From assembly GCA_963604545.1 (NCBI GenBank), contig CAVCRI010000001.1, positions 1-52,390 on the forward strand: a stretch of DNA of 52,390 bases, written 5' to 3'. Position 1 is the first letter of the stretch, and the number at the start of each line of letters is the position of its first letter. Below are positions 1-10,642 of the stretch, in pieces. The stretch is from Lachnospiraceae bacterium (lineage in GTDB: Bacteria > Bacteroidota > Bacteroidia > Bacteroidales > Bacteroidaceae). The translations under genes and the position numbers were made by a program. The notes below the pieces were generated by a model that worked only from the letters and a program-made list of their open reading frames with translations, was not told the DNA's origin and made no database searches.

Positions 1-19
1 TTTCTACGATTGCGTACAT
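1..19 (-). CDS. rplU: 50S ribosomal protein L21, 5' end only (runs off window)
   Basis: Reverse complement reads ATG TAC GCA ATC GTA GAA = MYAIVE, the typical Bacteroidota L21 N-terminus. A TAATTTTG -7 box lies at 141-148 on the minus strand. Confidence 0.75.
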
Positions 20-247
20 TTAATTATTTATATAAACGGGTTTTTCCGCGAGGCGCCCAGCTTCGTGCCAGGTCTTGTTCGAGCCCCAACGAACTTAACT
101 TTTTCTGTAATATTTGCCCAATCCATGAGCATTCGGTGTGCAAAATTACAAACTTTCTTTGAAATATCCTATTGTTTATGCTTGAAATAGATATTATTTA
201 TGAAGAATTAACAATACGAGAGGAATTTATGGTTGGATTGATGGGGA

Positions 248-326
248 CTTTCGGAATAAAGATGGCACTTTCGAAATAAAGACGGGGTGCTTTCGAAATA
301 AAGATGGGGTGCTTTCGGAATAAACC
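248..326. repeat. Imperfect tandem repeat, 4 copies of CTTTCG(G/A)AATAAA core
   Basis: Cores start at 248, 268, 290 and 312 (spacing 20, 22, 22). Confidence 0.85.
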
Positions 327-334
327 GGGATAAA

Positions 335-426
335 AAGAAAAAAGCGATGACCTTCACAGGCTACCGCTCCAAATCTTCAATAGGTATTAGTTTCCTTAAG
401 GTAAAAAGATTGTTTTCTGGATAACG
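335..426 (-). ncRNA. Putative small RNA, copy 1
   Basis: Minus-strand promoter with TTTG (459-462), a 20-nt spacer and TATCTTTG (431-438). Terminator hairpin 344-367 followed by a U-tract. A ~51-nt core is nearly identical to 34751-34802. Confidence 0.65.
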
Positions 427-665
427 GTTACAAAGATACTCCTTTATTCTCATTCCACCAAATATTTATTTGACTTTTTTCAATACTATGTTGCTGTGTG
501 GGCACACAAGGATGGTAATTAACCTTTGTTAGTATAAATTCGTGTGCAATTGTTTGCAAATTAACATTATCGAGGCGTTTTTTGTAAATATTAAAAAGGC
601 AGGGTGACCCTTTCGTTTGCGATGGTAATCGGTGGAAAATAAAAAATGGAATCGGTGGAGACAAT

Positions 666-704
666 AAAAAAAGAGGCTGCGGCAATCTGCTGCAGCCTCT
701 TTTG
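666..704 (-). terminator. Intrinsic terminator of maeB
   Basis: AAAGAGGCTGC...GCAGCCTCTTT hairpin flanked by A/T tracts. Confidence 0.8.
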
Positions 705-736
705 CTGATTATCTTTTCTAGATGTATATGCTAGCC

Positions 737-3028
737 TTACTTCTTGCTCTGCTTGATTTTGTCAACGTATGCATCGATTACGGCTACTGCTGTAACGTTC
801 ACGATGTCCTGTACGCTGCTCTCAGAGTCGGTGAAGTGGATAGGTTTGTTAAGACCCATCTGGATAGGACCGATGATCTCTGCCTCTGGGCTCAATGCCT
901 GGAGGAGCTTGTAAGCACCGTTAGCACTGCTCAAGTTAGGGAACACCAAAGTGTTGACATCCTTGCCCTTGAGGCGAGAGAATGGGTACTTCTCGTCGCG
1001 AAGGTTCTTGTTGAGGGCATAGTTGACCTGCATCTCGCCATCGATGGCAAGCTCAGGGAACTCCTTCTGCATCTCTTCCACAGCCTTCTTTACCTTTACA
1101 GGTGAGCCCATGGTGTCGGTACCAAAGTTGGAGTAGCTCAACATCGCCATCACTGGCTCGTCGTTGAAGAACTTCACGGTGCCGGCTGCCAACTTGGCAA
1201 CATCGGTCAACACATCCTCGTCTGGGTGACGGTTAATCAATGTATCTGCTATGTAGTAGATACCCTTCTGGGTGTTGAGGATGTGCATGGTTCCGAAAGT
1301 CTTGTATTCCTTGCGGATGCCGATAACGTCCTTGGCTACCTTGATGGTGTTGCTATACTTGGTGTAGAGACCAGTGATGAATGCGTCGGCATCACCCTGT
1401 TCTACCATTGACATACCGAAATAGTTGCGCTCGTACATCTTGTCGTAAGCCTCCTCGAAGCTGTATCCCTCGCGGGCGCGCTTCTCTGCCAAGTGCTTGG
1501 CGAACTTGGCGCGGCGACCCTGCTCATTGTCTGCACGCATGTCCACAATCTCGATGTCGCTCAAGTCGAGCTTCAGGCGAGAAGCCACGCGCTTCAAGCG
1601 GTCTGGGTTGCCCAAGAGGATAGGCTGGCAGATGCCTTCCTGCTTAGCCTGTACGGCAGCCTTCAGCATGGTAGGGTTGCCACCCTCGGCGAATACCACG
1701 CGCTGTGGGTGGAGGCGAGCAGTATCGTGGAGCTTGCGGGTGAGCTTGGTCTCCTGGCCGAGCAGCTGGCGCAATCCCTGCTTGTACTTCTCCCAGTCGG
1801 TGATAGGGGTGCGGGCTACGCCACTCTCCATGGCAGCCTTGGCAACGGCAGCTGAAACCTCTGTAATCAAGCGTGGGTCAACTGGCTTTGGAATGAAGTA
1901 CTTAGGACCGAAGGTGAGGTCGTTGACATGATATACATCATTTACGACATCTGGCACAGGCTGCTTTGCCAAGTCGGCGATGGCGTGAACGGCAGCCATC
2001 TTCATCTCCTCGTTGATGGCACGGGCGTGAACGTCGAGGGCACCACGGAAGATGTAAGGGAAACCGATTACATTGTTGATCTGGTTAGGATAGTCGGAGC
2101 GACCTGTTGACATCAGTACGTCAGGACGGCTGTCCATCGCATCCTCATAGCTAATCTCAGGAACTGGGTTGGCGAGGGCGAATACGATAGGGCTGGCAGC
2201 CATGGAGCGAATCATGTCCTTGGAGAGCACATTGCCCTTGCTGAGTCCTACGAACACGTCAGCGCCCTTGATGGCCTCTTCCAATGTGTGGACATCGCGG
2301 CGGTCGGTGGCGAAGAGCTTCTTCTGCTCGGTCAAGTTCTCACGGTCGCTGGTGATGACACCCTTGGAGTCGAGCATCACGATGTTCTCGACCTTTGCGC
2401 CGAGGGCGACATAAAGTTTTGTACAACTGATGGCTGCGGCACCAGCTCCGTTTACGACGATCTTGACATCTTCGATCTTCTTGCCTGCTACCTCAAGTGC
2501 ATTCTTCAATCCTGCAGCAGAGATGATGGCTGTGCCATGCTGGTCGTCGTGCATCACAGGGATGTCGAGGGTCTTCTTCAAGCGCTCCTCTATATAGAAA
2601 CATTGTGGCGCCTTGATGTCCTCAAGGTTGATACCACCGAATGTTGGGGCAATCTTCTCTACAGTCTCGCAGAACTTCTCTGGGTCCTTTTCGTCGATTT
2701 CGATGTCGAATACATCCACGCCGCCATAGATCTTGAAGAGCAATCCCTTGCCCTCCATCACTGGCTTTCCGCTCATGGCGCCGATGTCGCCAAGACCGAG
2801 CACGGCGGTACCGTTGCTGATTACGGCAACCAGGTTGCCCTTGTCTGTGTACTTGTAAACATCGTCTGGGTTCTGCTGAATCTCAAGACATGGGAATGCC
2901 ACGCCTGGAGAGTAAGCCAAGCTCAGGTCTGTTTGTGTGTGATAAGGTTTTGTTGGCTTAACCTCAATCTTACCTGGACGGCCATTCTCGTGATAGCCGA
3001 GAGCCGCCTCTTTTGTAATTTTTACCAT
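737..3028 (-). CDS. maeB: NADP-dependent malic enzyme with C-terminal phosphotransacetylase-like domain
   Basis: Motifs [22 protein letters not shown] and GAGAA; PTA-like C-terminal part (RVVFAEG, IDGEMQ, GPIQMG); 763 aa. Confidence 0.95.
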   Translation of the reverse strand: MVKITKEAALGYHENGRPGKIEVKPTKPYHTQTDLSLAYSPGVAFPCLEIQQNPDDVYKYTDKGNLVAVISNGTAVLGLGDIGAMSGKPVMEGKGLLFKIYGGVDVFDIEIDEKDPEKFCETVEKIAPTFGGINLEDIKAPQCFYIEERLKKTLDIPVMHDDQHGTAIISAAGLKNALEVAGKKIEDVKIVVNGAGAAAISCTKLYVALGAKVENIVMLDSKGVITSDRENLTEQKKLFATDRRDVHTLEEAIKGADVFVGLSKGNVLSKDMIRSMAASPIVFALANPVPEISYEDAMDSRPDVLMSTGRSDYPNQINNVIGFPYIFRGALDVHARAINEEMKMAAVHAIADLAKQPVPDVVNDVYHVNDLTFGPKYFIPKPVDPRLITEVSAAVAKAAMESGVARTPITDWEKYKQGLRQLLGQETKLTRKLHDTARLHPQRVVFAEGGNPTMLKAAVQAKQEGICQPILLGNPDRLKRVASRLKLDLSDIEIVDMRADNEQGRRAKFAKHLAEKRAREGYSFEEAYDKMYERNYFGMSMVEQGDADAFITGLYTKYSNTIKVAKDVIGIRKEYKTFGTMHILNTQKGIYYIADTLINRHPDEDVLTDVAKLAAGTVKFFNDEPVMAMLSYSNFGTDTMGSPVKVKKAVEEMQKEFPELAIDGEMQVNYALNKNLRDEKYPFSRLKGKDVNTLVFPNLSSANGAYKLLQALSPEAEIIGPIQMGLNKPIHFTDSESSVQDIVNVTAVAVIDAYVDKIKQSKK

Positions 3029-3201
3029 AACAATATATTGGTTTAAAGTTTCTTGTTCTTACGATTTCGTGCAAAAATAGCCCGATTGCTAAAAGTTTTT
3101 GCAAAGGTAATAAAAAACTTAGGAAAAAAGGATGGTTTTTTGTTTTTTTTTGTATCTTTGCACAAAAATAGTCTACAAGAACGTTGAATTGACATATAGA
3201 T

Positions 3202-3822
3202 ATGGCAGAAATAAATCAATATAGGCAAGAACTTAAGAGCAAAATAGTGGCTTACGCCATGAAGGAATTTTATCAGAGAGGCATAAAGGCCGTCAAGATG
3301 GATGAAATATCACAGGGACTTCATGTGTCTAAGCGTACCGTTTATGAAATATTTGGTGACAAGGAGGAACTCCTTCTCGCTGGCATGAAGGCTCAGCGAG
3401 AAGAGGAGCGCATTTCCCTGGAGCGATATGCTGTTACCTCGGCTCGCAATGTCATCGACATCATCAGCTTTGTATATAAGCAGCAGATGAAGCGGAACGA
3501 GCAGGTGGGTGCGGTCTTCTTTGAGGAGATACATAGGCTGCCGCGCATCGTGGAGTATCTCAAGCAATGCCATGCCTCCGAGCGTGAGGACAGCAAGCGC
3601 TTCTTCGAGGCGGGTGTCAAGGAGGGGCTCTTTCGCAGGGACATCGATTATGGATTGATGATGGAGATAGGGCGTATCGCCATGGAGGAAATTATGCACC
3701 GCCAACTCTACAAGGAGTATTCGATGCAAGGCCTCTTCGACAATTACTTCATGGTCATCATCCGTGGTATATGTACAGAGATGGGACTGGAACTCCTCAA
3801 CAAGGCTATTCCGGAAGAGTAG
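3202..3822 (+). CDS. TetR/AcrR family transcriptional regulator
   Basis: N-terminal HTH: GIKAVKMDEISQGLHVSKRTVYEIFGDKEELL. Confidence 0.9.
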   Translation: MAEINQYRQELKSKIVAYAMKEFYQRGIKAVKMDEISQGLHVSKRTVYEIFGDKEELLLAGMKAQREEERISLERYAVTSARNVIDIISFVYKQQMKRNEQVGAVFFEEIHRLPRIVEYLKQCHASEREDSKRFFEAGVKEGLFRRDIDYGLMMEIGRIAMEEIMHRQLYKEYSMQGLFDNYFMVIIRGICTEMGLELLNKAIPEE

Positions 3823-3823
3823 G

Positions 3824-4798
3824 CTATTGCTTGTATATCCATTTCAGAACCTTGTTGAACAAGCGGGAACTTACCCGAAACCATCTCAGCTTGGCTTCGG
3901 GCTTGCCGCCGAAGCTGAGGAAGAATTCTCGCAGAGGGTTGTTCTTCCATGGCAAGCCTACATCCATGAAGCGGATGTGCCGGCAGCCCTGTGACTGCGC
4001 ATATTTGATGGCGTGCCATACCGTCAAGGTGTCGGGGTGCAACAGGGCATAGCACTTGCGGCGAGAGGCTAGGTGCCAAAGGTAGGCATTCTCGTTGGTA
4101 AATACGCAGGTGCAGCCGCCTATCACCTTGTTGCCCTTGGTGGTGATGAAGAGCTTGGCGTGCTCGGCCTTGCTCATCTCCTCGAAGTACTCCTTGGGAG
4201 GAACGTATCGGCGAGGTTTCAGACGATAGTAGTTCTTGTAAAGCCGCTGAAACTTCCTGATTTCCTCTTCGTCTCTAGCCTCGTGGCAGTCCACTTGCTT
4301 GGACCTCTCATGACGGACTTGTTGCATGGCCTTCTCGGAGATTCTTTCCTCGGGCTGCTTGCTGTGAAGTGAGTTGAATATTTCTTGCCATGCCACGGGA
4401 AAGTATCCCTCCTTGCGAAAATGCCGATAGCCAAACATCTTCTTGCTGATATCCGAGAACTCTATGTAGAAGCATGTGGTATGACGCAGGTAGCGGGTTA
4501 TGGCATGGAGCAGAAGAGGAAATAGGGCGTTGATGTCTTCTCCTGGGCGATAAGTCCCCTCTCCATGGGCATGGGCATGGGTATAGATAAAAGGTGGAAA
4601 GAATGTCTTGTGGTGATGAAGGGCCACAAACAATTGACCCATGATTTCGCCATGTTTGGTAGCGACGGCCATCAAGGGGGTATCGCTTGGCACTCGCTCT
4701 GTTATCAGAAAGAGTTCCAGGCTATGGAAGAAGTTGCCAGGCAGTAGCGTCGGCAAGTCCTTGCTTTCCTTGTATATGGATATGATGTATTCGTTCAC
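3824..4798 (-). CDS. GNAT/FemAB-like family protein
   Basis: C-terminal LTVWHAIKYA...FMDVG...FFLSFGG pattern typical of FemABX-like GNAT proteins. Confidence 0.7.
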   Translation of the reverse strand: MNEYIISIYKESKDLPTLLPGNFFHSLELFLITERVPSDTPLMAVATKHGEIMGQLFVALHHHKTFFPPFIYTHAHAHGEGTYRPGEDINALFPLLLHAITRYLRHTTCFYIEFSDISKKMFGYRHFRKEGYFPVAWQEIFNSLHSKQPEERISEKAMQQVRHERSKQVDCHEARDEEEIRKFQRLYKNYYRLKPRRYVPPKEYFEEMSKAEHAKLFITTKGNKVIGGCTCVFTNENAYLWHLASRRKCYALLHPDTLTVWHAIKYAQSQGCRHIRFMDVGLPWKNNPLREFFLSFGGKPEAKLRWFRVSSRLFNKVLKWIYKQ

Positions 4799-4973
4799 TT
4801 TCTTCGTTCACCTTATTATATTATATAGATGCGTCCTTTGTTGTTCGTAGGTACATCCTTCATTGTATGGAGAACCATCCGTATGGCGATTCCTCTGCAA
4901 AAATAATAAATTAATTATAAAAAAACAAGAAGAATGCCATCTCTCTCGCCCTTTTTTAGTATTTTTGCACATT

Positions 4974-5750
4974 ATGAAGATAATATTGATAGGTGCAGGC
5001 AATCTTGCCACCAATTTGGGTAAAGCTTTGCGGGACATCGGCATCGACATCCCGCAGGTGTACAGTCGCACGATGGAGTCGGCTTCGGCTTTGGCGCAAA
5101 TCGTGGGAGCCGAGGCAGTCGACGACATCGCCCGTGTGCGTGATGACGCCGACATGTATGTGCTGTCCGTAAAGGACAGTGTCCTGGCTTCATTGGTAGC
5201 CGCTCTTTGCCCAGGCAAAGAGGATAAGTTGTTTTTTCATACGGCGGGATCCATGCCGTTGGAAGTTTTCGAGGGTAAGGCGCGGTACTATGGTGTGCTT
5301 TACCCGATGCAGACTTTCTCGAAGTCGCGGGAAGTCGATTTTACTGAGATTCCTTGTTTTGTTGAGGCTAACGATGAGGAGACGCTGGCAAAGGTCGAGG
5401 GCTTGGCACGCAGGCTTAGCCAAAAGGTTTATCGCCTGGCTTCCGCCGACCGTAAGTATCTGCATCTCTCCGCAGTCTTTGCTTGCAACTTTGCAAACCA
5501 TTGCTTTGCCATCAGCCAGGATCTGTTGGAGAGTCATGGCATTCCTTTTGATGTGATGTTGCCGCTTATCGACGAGACGGTTAGCAAGGTGCATCATCTC
5601 AAGCCCTTGGGCGCGCAGACTGGTCCTGCTGTAAGGTATGACGAGAATGTCATTGGAGCCCAAAGCAAGCTCTTGGAGTCTACCCCCTTGTGGAAGGAGA
5701 TCTACGACAGCATGAGCCGCGACATTCATCGCATGGCAGAGGAAAAATGA
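4974..5750 (+). CDS. Rossmann-like and DUF2520 domain protein
   Basis: MKIILIGAGNLA dinucleotide-binding motif, HTAGS, YPMQTFS and QTGPAVR. Start moved to ATG 4974, just after a TATTTTTG box. Confidence 0.88.
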   Translation: MKIILIGAGNLATNLGKALRDIGIDIPQVYSRTMESASALAQIVGAEAVDDIARVRDDADMYVLSVKDSVLASLVAALCPGKEDKLFFHTAGSMPLEVFEGKARYYGVLYPMQTFSKSREVDFTEIPCFVEANDEETLAKVEGLARRLSQKVYRLASADRKYLHLSAVFACNFANHCFAISQDLLESHGIPFDVMLPLIDETVSKVHHLKPLGAQTGPAVRYDENVIGAQSKLLESTPLWKEIYDSMSRDIHRMAEEK

Positions 5751-5780
5751 AGCATAAAGGATATAACATAAAGAATAGAT

Positions 5781-6299
5781 ATGATCAATTATGACTTAGA
5801 TAAGGTGAAGGCCATCATCTTTGATGTGGATGGTGTGCTCTCCCGACAGACCATCACGCTATCCAGTAGTGGCGAACCGCTCCGAACGGTGAATATCAAG
5901 GATGGGTATGCCATCCAGCTGGCCCAGAAGTCAGGACTTCGCATCGCCATCTTGACGGGAGGAAAGTCGGAGGCTACCCGCATCCGCTATGCCGGCTTGG
6001 GCGTGGAAGACTTGTACCTGGGATGTGCCGTGAAGATAAAGGCTTATGATGAGTTCTTGGAGAAGTATTCGTTGACGGATGCCGAGGTTATCTATGTGGG
6101 TGACGACATTCCAGACTATGAGGTGATGCGTCGCTGCGGGTGCCCATGTTGCCCTGCTGATGCTTGTCCTGACATCAAGGCGATTTCTAACTATGTGTCC
6201 TCTCTCAATGGAGGCGATGGAGTGGGGCGTGATGTGGTGGAACAGGTGCTTAGGGCACAAGGCAAGTGGCTTTCGGATGCCAAGGCTTTCGGGTGGTAA
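5781..6299 (+). CDS. kdsC: KdsC-like HAD phosphatase (3-deoxy-D-manno-octulosonate 8-phosphate phosphatase family)
   Basis: [21 protein letters not shown] and GGDGVGRDV motifs. Confidence 0.85.
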   Translation: MINYDLDKVKAIIFDVDGVLSRQTITLSSSGEPLRTVNIKDGYAIQLAQKSGLRIAILTGGKSEATRIRYAGLGVEDLYLGCAVKIKAYDEFLEKYSLTDAEVIYVGDDIPDYEVMRRCGCPCCPADACPDIKAISNYVSSLNGGDGVGRDVVEQVLRAQGKWLSDAKAFGW

Positions 6300-6311
6300 T
6301 CTCATCTTAAT

Positions 6312-6349
6312 AAAGTTACTGATAAAGATTTAAAAAGTTACTGATAAAG
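6312..6349. repeat. 16-bp direct repeat AAAGTTACTGATAAAG x2
   Basis: Copies at 6312-6327 and 6334-6349 (period 22). Confidence 0.8.
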
Positions 6350-6373
6350 GAAAAATAGCAAGAACCAAAGGAT

Positions 6374-7027
6374 ATGTATAAGATTATATTGGCGAGCAAT
6401 TCGCCACGTCGCAAGGAATTGTTGGCAGGACTGGATGTACCTTTCGAGGTGAAGGTTATCAAGGGAATCGACGAGAGCTATCCCGCTTCGCTCGATGCCT
6501 ATCAGGTGGCTGAGTTCATCTGCAAGAAAAAGGCAGAGGCGTATCGTGTCTTGTTTGAGGAAAGAGGCGATGCTCATGGGGATGGAGAGGCTTTGAAGAA
6601 TGTTCCATCTTCAGGGGACAGTCTCTTGGTCCTCACTGCCGATACCGTCGTGATAGCTCCCACTGCTGATGAACAGAACGACAGGGAGGGAAAGGGCGTG
6701 ATATTGGGCAAACCAAAGGATACCGATGATGCCCGAAGAATGTTGCAGATGTTGAGCGGTAAGACTCACCATGTGGTTACAGGTGTGTGTCTGACCACCC
6801 AGGACAACCAACGCTCATTTTCTGTGGCAACAGAGGTAACCTTTAAGGAGTTCTCGGCTTCGGAGATAGACTATTATGTCGAGCATTACAAACCATTCGA
6901 TAAGGCAGGGGCCTATGGCATCCAAGAGTGGATAGGCTACATCGGGTGCACTGGCCTAAAGGGCAGTTACTATAATGTGATGGGCTTGCCTGTGCAGCGT
7001 ATCTATGCAGAGTTGCAGAAAATGTAA
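6374..7027 (+). CDS. maf: Maf family nucleoside triphosphate pyrophosphatase
   Basis: ILASNSPRRKELL, ADTVV, ILGKP, DKAGAYGIQ and NVMGLP motifs. Confidence 0.93.
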   Translation: MYKIILASNSPRRKELLAGLDVPFEVKVIKGIDESYPASLDAYQVAEFICKKKAEAYRVLFEERGDAHGDGEALKNVPSSGDSLLVLTADTVVIAPTADEQNDREGKGVILGKPKDTDDARRMLQMLSGKTHHVVTGVCLTTQDNQRSFSVATEVTFKEFSASEIDYYVEHYKPFDKAGAYGIQEWIGYIGCTGLKGSYYNVMGLPVQRIYAELQKM

Positions 7028-7214
7028 GATGCATATTGCTGGGCAGGATAAGTGGTCTGGTCTCATGGAGAAAGCCTGTATGGTGTGCCGTTTCGCTGCC
7101 AATGTGTAAGAAAATGGCCGCAAAAGCATGTAATTTAGATTTTTTAAAATTACTTTTTCTCTCATCTCGTAAATAATGAGTACCTTTGTGCGTTTTATGT
7201 AACTAACAAGGATT

Positions 7215-7679
7215 ATGACAGAAAAAATACAAGCCAAAGTCAGGGAGATTTTGGACAATTACCTGGAGTGCAATCATCACAGAAAAACTCCAGAGCGCTA
7301 TGCCATCCTCGATGCGGTATACAGCATTGGAGGCCATTTCACATTGGAGGAATTGGGTGACATGCTGGCACGTAGAAATTTCCGCGTGAGCAGAGCGACG
7401 CTATATAATACGATGCATCTCTTCATCGAGTTGAGGCTCGTGATGAGACATAGTTTGGTAGACGGCACCAAGTATGAGGCTTGTTATAGCAACGAGAACC
7501 ATGTGCATCAGGTGTGCACGGTATGTGGCAAGGTGACGGAGATTAGCGCTCCCCTCGTAACCAATGCCATCAGCGAGACCAAAATGTCTCGATTCCGCAA
7601 GGATGCCTTCGCACTCTATATCTATGGGGTGTGCAGTTCCTGCCAGGCGAAGATAACTCGCAAGAGAAACGTGAGGTAG
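7215..7679 (+). CDS. fur: Fur family transcriptional regulator
   Basis: RKTPERYAIL, VSRATLYNT, H-x-H-x-x-CxxC and a C-terminal CxxC; lies upstream of purA. Confidence 0.85.
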   Translation: MTEKIQAKVREILDNYLECNHHRKTPERYAILDAVYSIGGHFTLEELGDMLARRNFRVSRATLYNTMHLFIELRLVMRHSLVDGTKYEACYSNENHVHQVCTVCGKVTEISAPLVTNAISETKMSRFRKDAFALYIYGVCSSCQAKITRKRNVR

Positions 7680-7755
7680 CCTGGTGAATGCAGCGGGATG
7701 ACACTGCTGAGAGATTACAAGAAAAGAAGTTTCATATAATAACATTATATTCAAA

Positions 7756-9030
7756 ATGAACACAGGTAAAGTAGATGTCCTGCTCGGTTTGCAGTGGGGC
7801 GATGAAGGTAAAGGTAAGGTGGTTGATGTGTTGACCCCTAAGTATGATGTCGTTGCTCGTTTCCAGGGTGGTCCTAACGCTGGTCATACCCTTGAGTTCG
7901 AGGGACAGAAGTACGTGCTTCGCTCTATCCCTTCTGGTATCTTCCAGGGTGGTAAGGTGAACATCATCGGTAATGGTGTGGTTTTGGCTCCAGACCTCTT
8001 CATGCAGGAGGCGAAGGACTTGGAGAAAAGTGGCCATGATCTCAAGAGCCGTCTCCATATCTCTAAGAAAGCACATCTTATCATGCCTACTCACCGTGTG
8101 CTCGACGCAGCCATCGAGGCTTCAAAGGGTAAGAACAAGGTGGGTACCACTGGTAAGGGTATCGGTCCTACATACACTGACAAGGTAAGCCGCACGGGTC
8201 TTCGCGTGGGCGACATCCTTGAAAACTTCCAAGAGAAGTACGAGGCTCATAAGGCTGCTCACCTCAAGCAGATTGCTGCTCTCGGCTACACAGACTTCGA
8301 TATCACTGAGGTAGAGAAGACTTGGATGGAGGGCATCGAATACTTGAAGCAGTTCCAGATTGTTGACAGCGAGGTGGAAATCAACAAGATTCTCCGCTCT
8401 GGCAAGAGCATCCTCTGTGAGGGTGCGCAAGGTACCATGCTCGATGTTGACTTCGGTTCTTATCCATTCGTAACTTCATCCAACACCGTTTGCGCTGGTG
8501 CTTGCACAGGTCTAGGCATTGGCCCTAACAAGATTGGTAACGTATATGGTATCATGAAGGCTTATTGCACACGTGTGGGTGCAGGTCCTTTCCCAACAGA
8601 GCTCTTCGATGAGACTGGTGCGAAGATTCGTGACCTTGGTCATGAGTATGGTGCGGTTACAGGCCGTGAGCGTCGTTGCGGTTGGTGCGACCTCGTTCAA
8701 CTCAAGTACTCTATCATGGTGAACGGCGTAACCGAGCTTATCATGATGAAGAGCGACGTGCTCGATGGCTTTGAGACCATCAAGGCTTGCGTGGGCTATA
8801 AGTTGAAGGACGGCTCTGTTACAACAGACTTCCCTTACGAGATTGACGATGTGGAGCCTGTTTACAAGGAGTTCAAAGGTTGGAATGTAGACATGACCAA
8901 GTTTACCTCTGAGGATCAGTTCCCACAGGAGTTCAAGGACTACATCGCATTTGTGGAGGACTTCCTGGAGACCAAGATTGGTGTCATCTCAATCGGTCCA
9001 GACCGTGAGCAGACTATCGTGAGAAAATAA
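7756..9030 (+). CDS. purA: Adenylosuccinate synthetase
   Basis: QWGDEGKGK, GGPNAGHT, GTTGKGIGP and EGAQG motifs. Confidence 0.98.
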   Translation: MNTGKVDVLLGLQWGDEGKGKVVDVLTPKYDVVARFQGGPNAGHTLEFEGQKYVLRSIPSGIFQGGKVNIIGNGVVLAPDLFMQEAKDLEKSGHDLKSRLHISKKAHLIMPTHRVLDAAIEASKGKNKVGTTGKGIGPTYTDKVSRTGLRVGDILENFQEKYEAHKAAHLKQIAALGYTDFDITEVEKTWMEGIEYLKQFQIVDSEVEINKILRSGKSILCEGAQGTMLDVDFGSYPFVTSSNTVCAGACTGLGIGPNKIGNVYGIMKAYCTRVGAGPFPTELFDETGAKIRDLGHEYGAVTGRERRCGWCDLVQLKYSIMVNGVTELIMMKSDVLDGFETIKACVGYKLKDGSVTTDFPYEIDDVEPVYKEFKGWNVDMTKFTSEDQFPQEFKDYIAFVEDFLETKIGVISIGPDREQTIVRK

Positions 9031-9037
9031 TATTTTA

Positions 9038-9128
9038 TAGTGTTTAATGTTTAGTGTTTTATGTTTACTTAGGAGAGGTAAATGTTGCGCTAGGCATTAA
9101 ACATTAATCATTAAACAATAAACATTAA
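9038..9128. repeat. Inverted pair of heptamer arrays (TAATGTT-like / AACATTA-like)
   Basis: The run tagtgtttaatgtttagtgttttatgttt is followed by the complementary run cattaaacattaatcattaaacaataaacattaa, between purA and hisS. Confidence 0.7.
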
Positions 9129-9130
9129 TA

Positions 9131-10495
9131 ATGGCTCAGAAACCAAGTATTCCAAAGGGTACACGTGACTTCGGTCCTGTGGAGATGGCCAAGCGCAACT
9201 ACATCTTCAATACCATCAAGGATGTGTATGCCCTCTATGGATTCCAGCAGATTGAGACCCCAGCTATGGAAACCCTTCACACCTTGATGGGTAAGTATGG
9301 CGAGGAGGGCGACAAGCTGCTCTTCAAGATATTGAATTCAGGAGATTACATGAACAAGATAACCGATGAGGACATCCACTCGCTGGGTTCTCTCAAGCTA
9401 GCTGCCAAGCTCTGCGAGAAGGGATTGCGCTACGACTTGACCGTGCCTTTCGCTCGTTACGTGGTGCAGCACCGAGAAGAACTCCAGTTGCCTTTCAAGC
9501 GTTATCAGATTCAGCCAGTATGGCGTGCTGACCGTCCACAGAAAGGTCGCTATCGTGAGTTCTATCAGTGTGATGCCGACGTGGTTGGCTCAGACTCTCT
9601 CCTCAACGAGGTGGAGTTGATGCAGATTGTTGACACAGTATTCACCAAGTTTGGTGTGCGTGTTTGCATCAAGATCAACAATCGCAAGATACTTACCGGT
9701 ATTGCTGAGGTCATTGGTGAGGCAGACAAGATTGTTGATATCACTGTGGCTATCGATAAGCTCGACAAGATTGGACTCGACAATGTGAATGAGGAACTTC
9801 GCAGCGATGGCATCTCTGAGGAGGCTATCGAGAAGTTGCAGCCAATCATCTCACTCTCAGGCTCTAACGATGAGAAACTGGGAGTAATTGCCAAGGTGCT
9901 CGAAAGTTCTGAGATTGGCTTGAAGGGCGTGGAGGAAACCAAGTTTATCCTCGATACCTTGAAGTCGGTAGGCTTGAACAATGAGATTGAGCTCGACCTT
10001 ACCTTGGCTCGTGGCTTGAACTATTACACTGGAGCCATCTTCGAGGTAAAAGCACTCGATACTCCTATGGGTAGCATCACGGGCGGTGGTCGTTATGATA
10101 ACCTTACCGGCATCTTCGGCTTGCCAGGCTTGAGCGGTGTGGGTATCTCTTTTGGTGCCGACCGTATATATGATGTGCTCAATGCCCTTGACCTCTATCC
10201 TAAGGAGGCTGTGAACTCTACCCAGGTATTGTTCATTAACTTTGGTGAGAAAGAGACCGCTTACTGCTTACCAATCGTGGGTAAGGCACGCCAGGCTGGC
10301 ATTCGCACTGAAATCTTCCCAGATAAGGCGAAGATGAAGAAGCAGATGAGTTACGCCAATGCCAAGAACATTCCATTTGTAGTTCTAGCAGGTGAGAATG
10401 AGATGGCGCAAGGCAAGGTTACATTAAAGAATATGGAGAGTGGTGAACAGACCTTGGTAACTGCCGAGGAACTGATTGCCGCTATCAAGAAATAA
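9131..10495 (+). CDS. hisS: Histidine--tRNA ligase
   Basis: [35 protein letters not shown] and GGGRYD motifs. Confidence 0.98.
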   Translation: MAQKPSIPKGTRDFGPVEMAKRNYIFNTIKDVYALYGFQQIETPAMETLHTLMGKYGEEGDKLLFKILNSGDYMNKITDEDIHSLGSLKLAAKLCEKGLRYDLTVPFARYVVQHREELQLPFKRYQIQPVWRADRPQKGRYREFYQCDADVVGSDSLLNEVELMQIVDTVFTKFGVRVCIKINNRKILTGIAEVIGEADKIVDITVAIDKLDKIGLDNVNEELRSDGISEEAIEKLQPIISLSGSNDEKLGVIAKVLESSEIGLKGVEETKFILDTLKSVGLNNEIELDLTLARGLNYYTGAIFEVKALDTPMGSITGGGRYDNLTGIFGLPGLSGVGISFGADRIYDVLNALDLYPKEAVNSTQVLFINFGEKETAYCLPIVGKARQAGIRTEIFPDKAKMKKQMSYANAKNIPFVVLAGENEMAQGKVTLKNMESGEQTLVTAEELIAAIKK

Positions 10496-10500
10496 TTTTT

Positions 10501-10538
10501 CACCCCCATTTCATCATCTAATGGGGGTGTTTTTTTAG
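10501..10538 (+). terminator. Intrinsic terminator after hisS
   Basis: CACCCCCATT...AATGGGGGTG hairpin followed by a T-tract. Confidence 0.85.
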
Positions 10539-10642
10539 GGCGCTTGGTCTGCGTGATGCAGCCTAAGCGCTTCTATTTTATAGAAAGAATTGGCTAATCG
10601 CTGGATATATAACTATTTAATAAACTTTTATCTTAAAAACAA

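Noticed and set aside
428..685. 85-aa ORF downstream of maeB
   Set aside because: It spans a terminator and promoter in AT-rich intergenic DNA and has no protein features.
6540..6700. Insertions in Maf
   Set aside because: These are short in-frame loop insertions with catalytic motifs intact; likely ordinary lineage variation.
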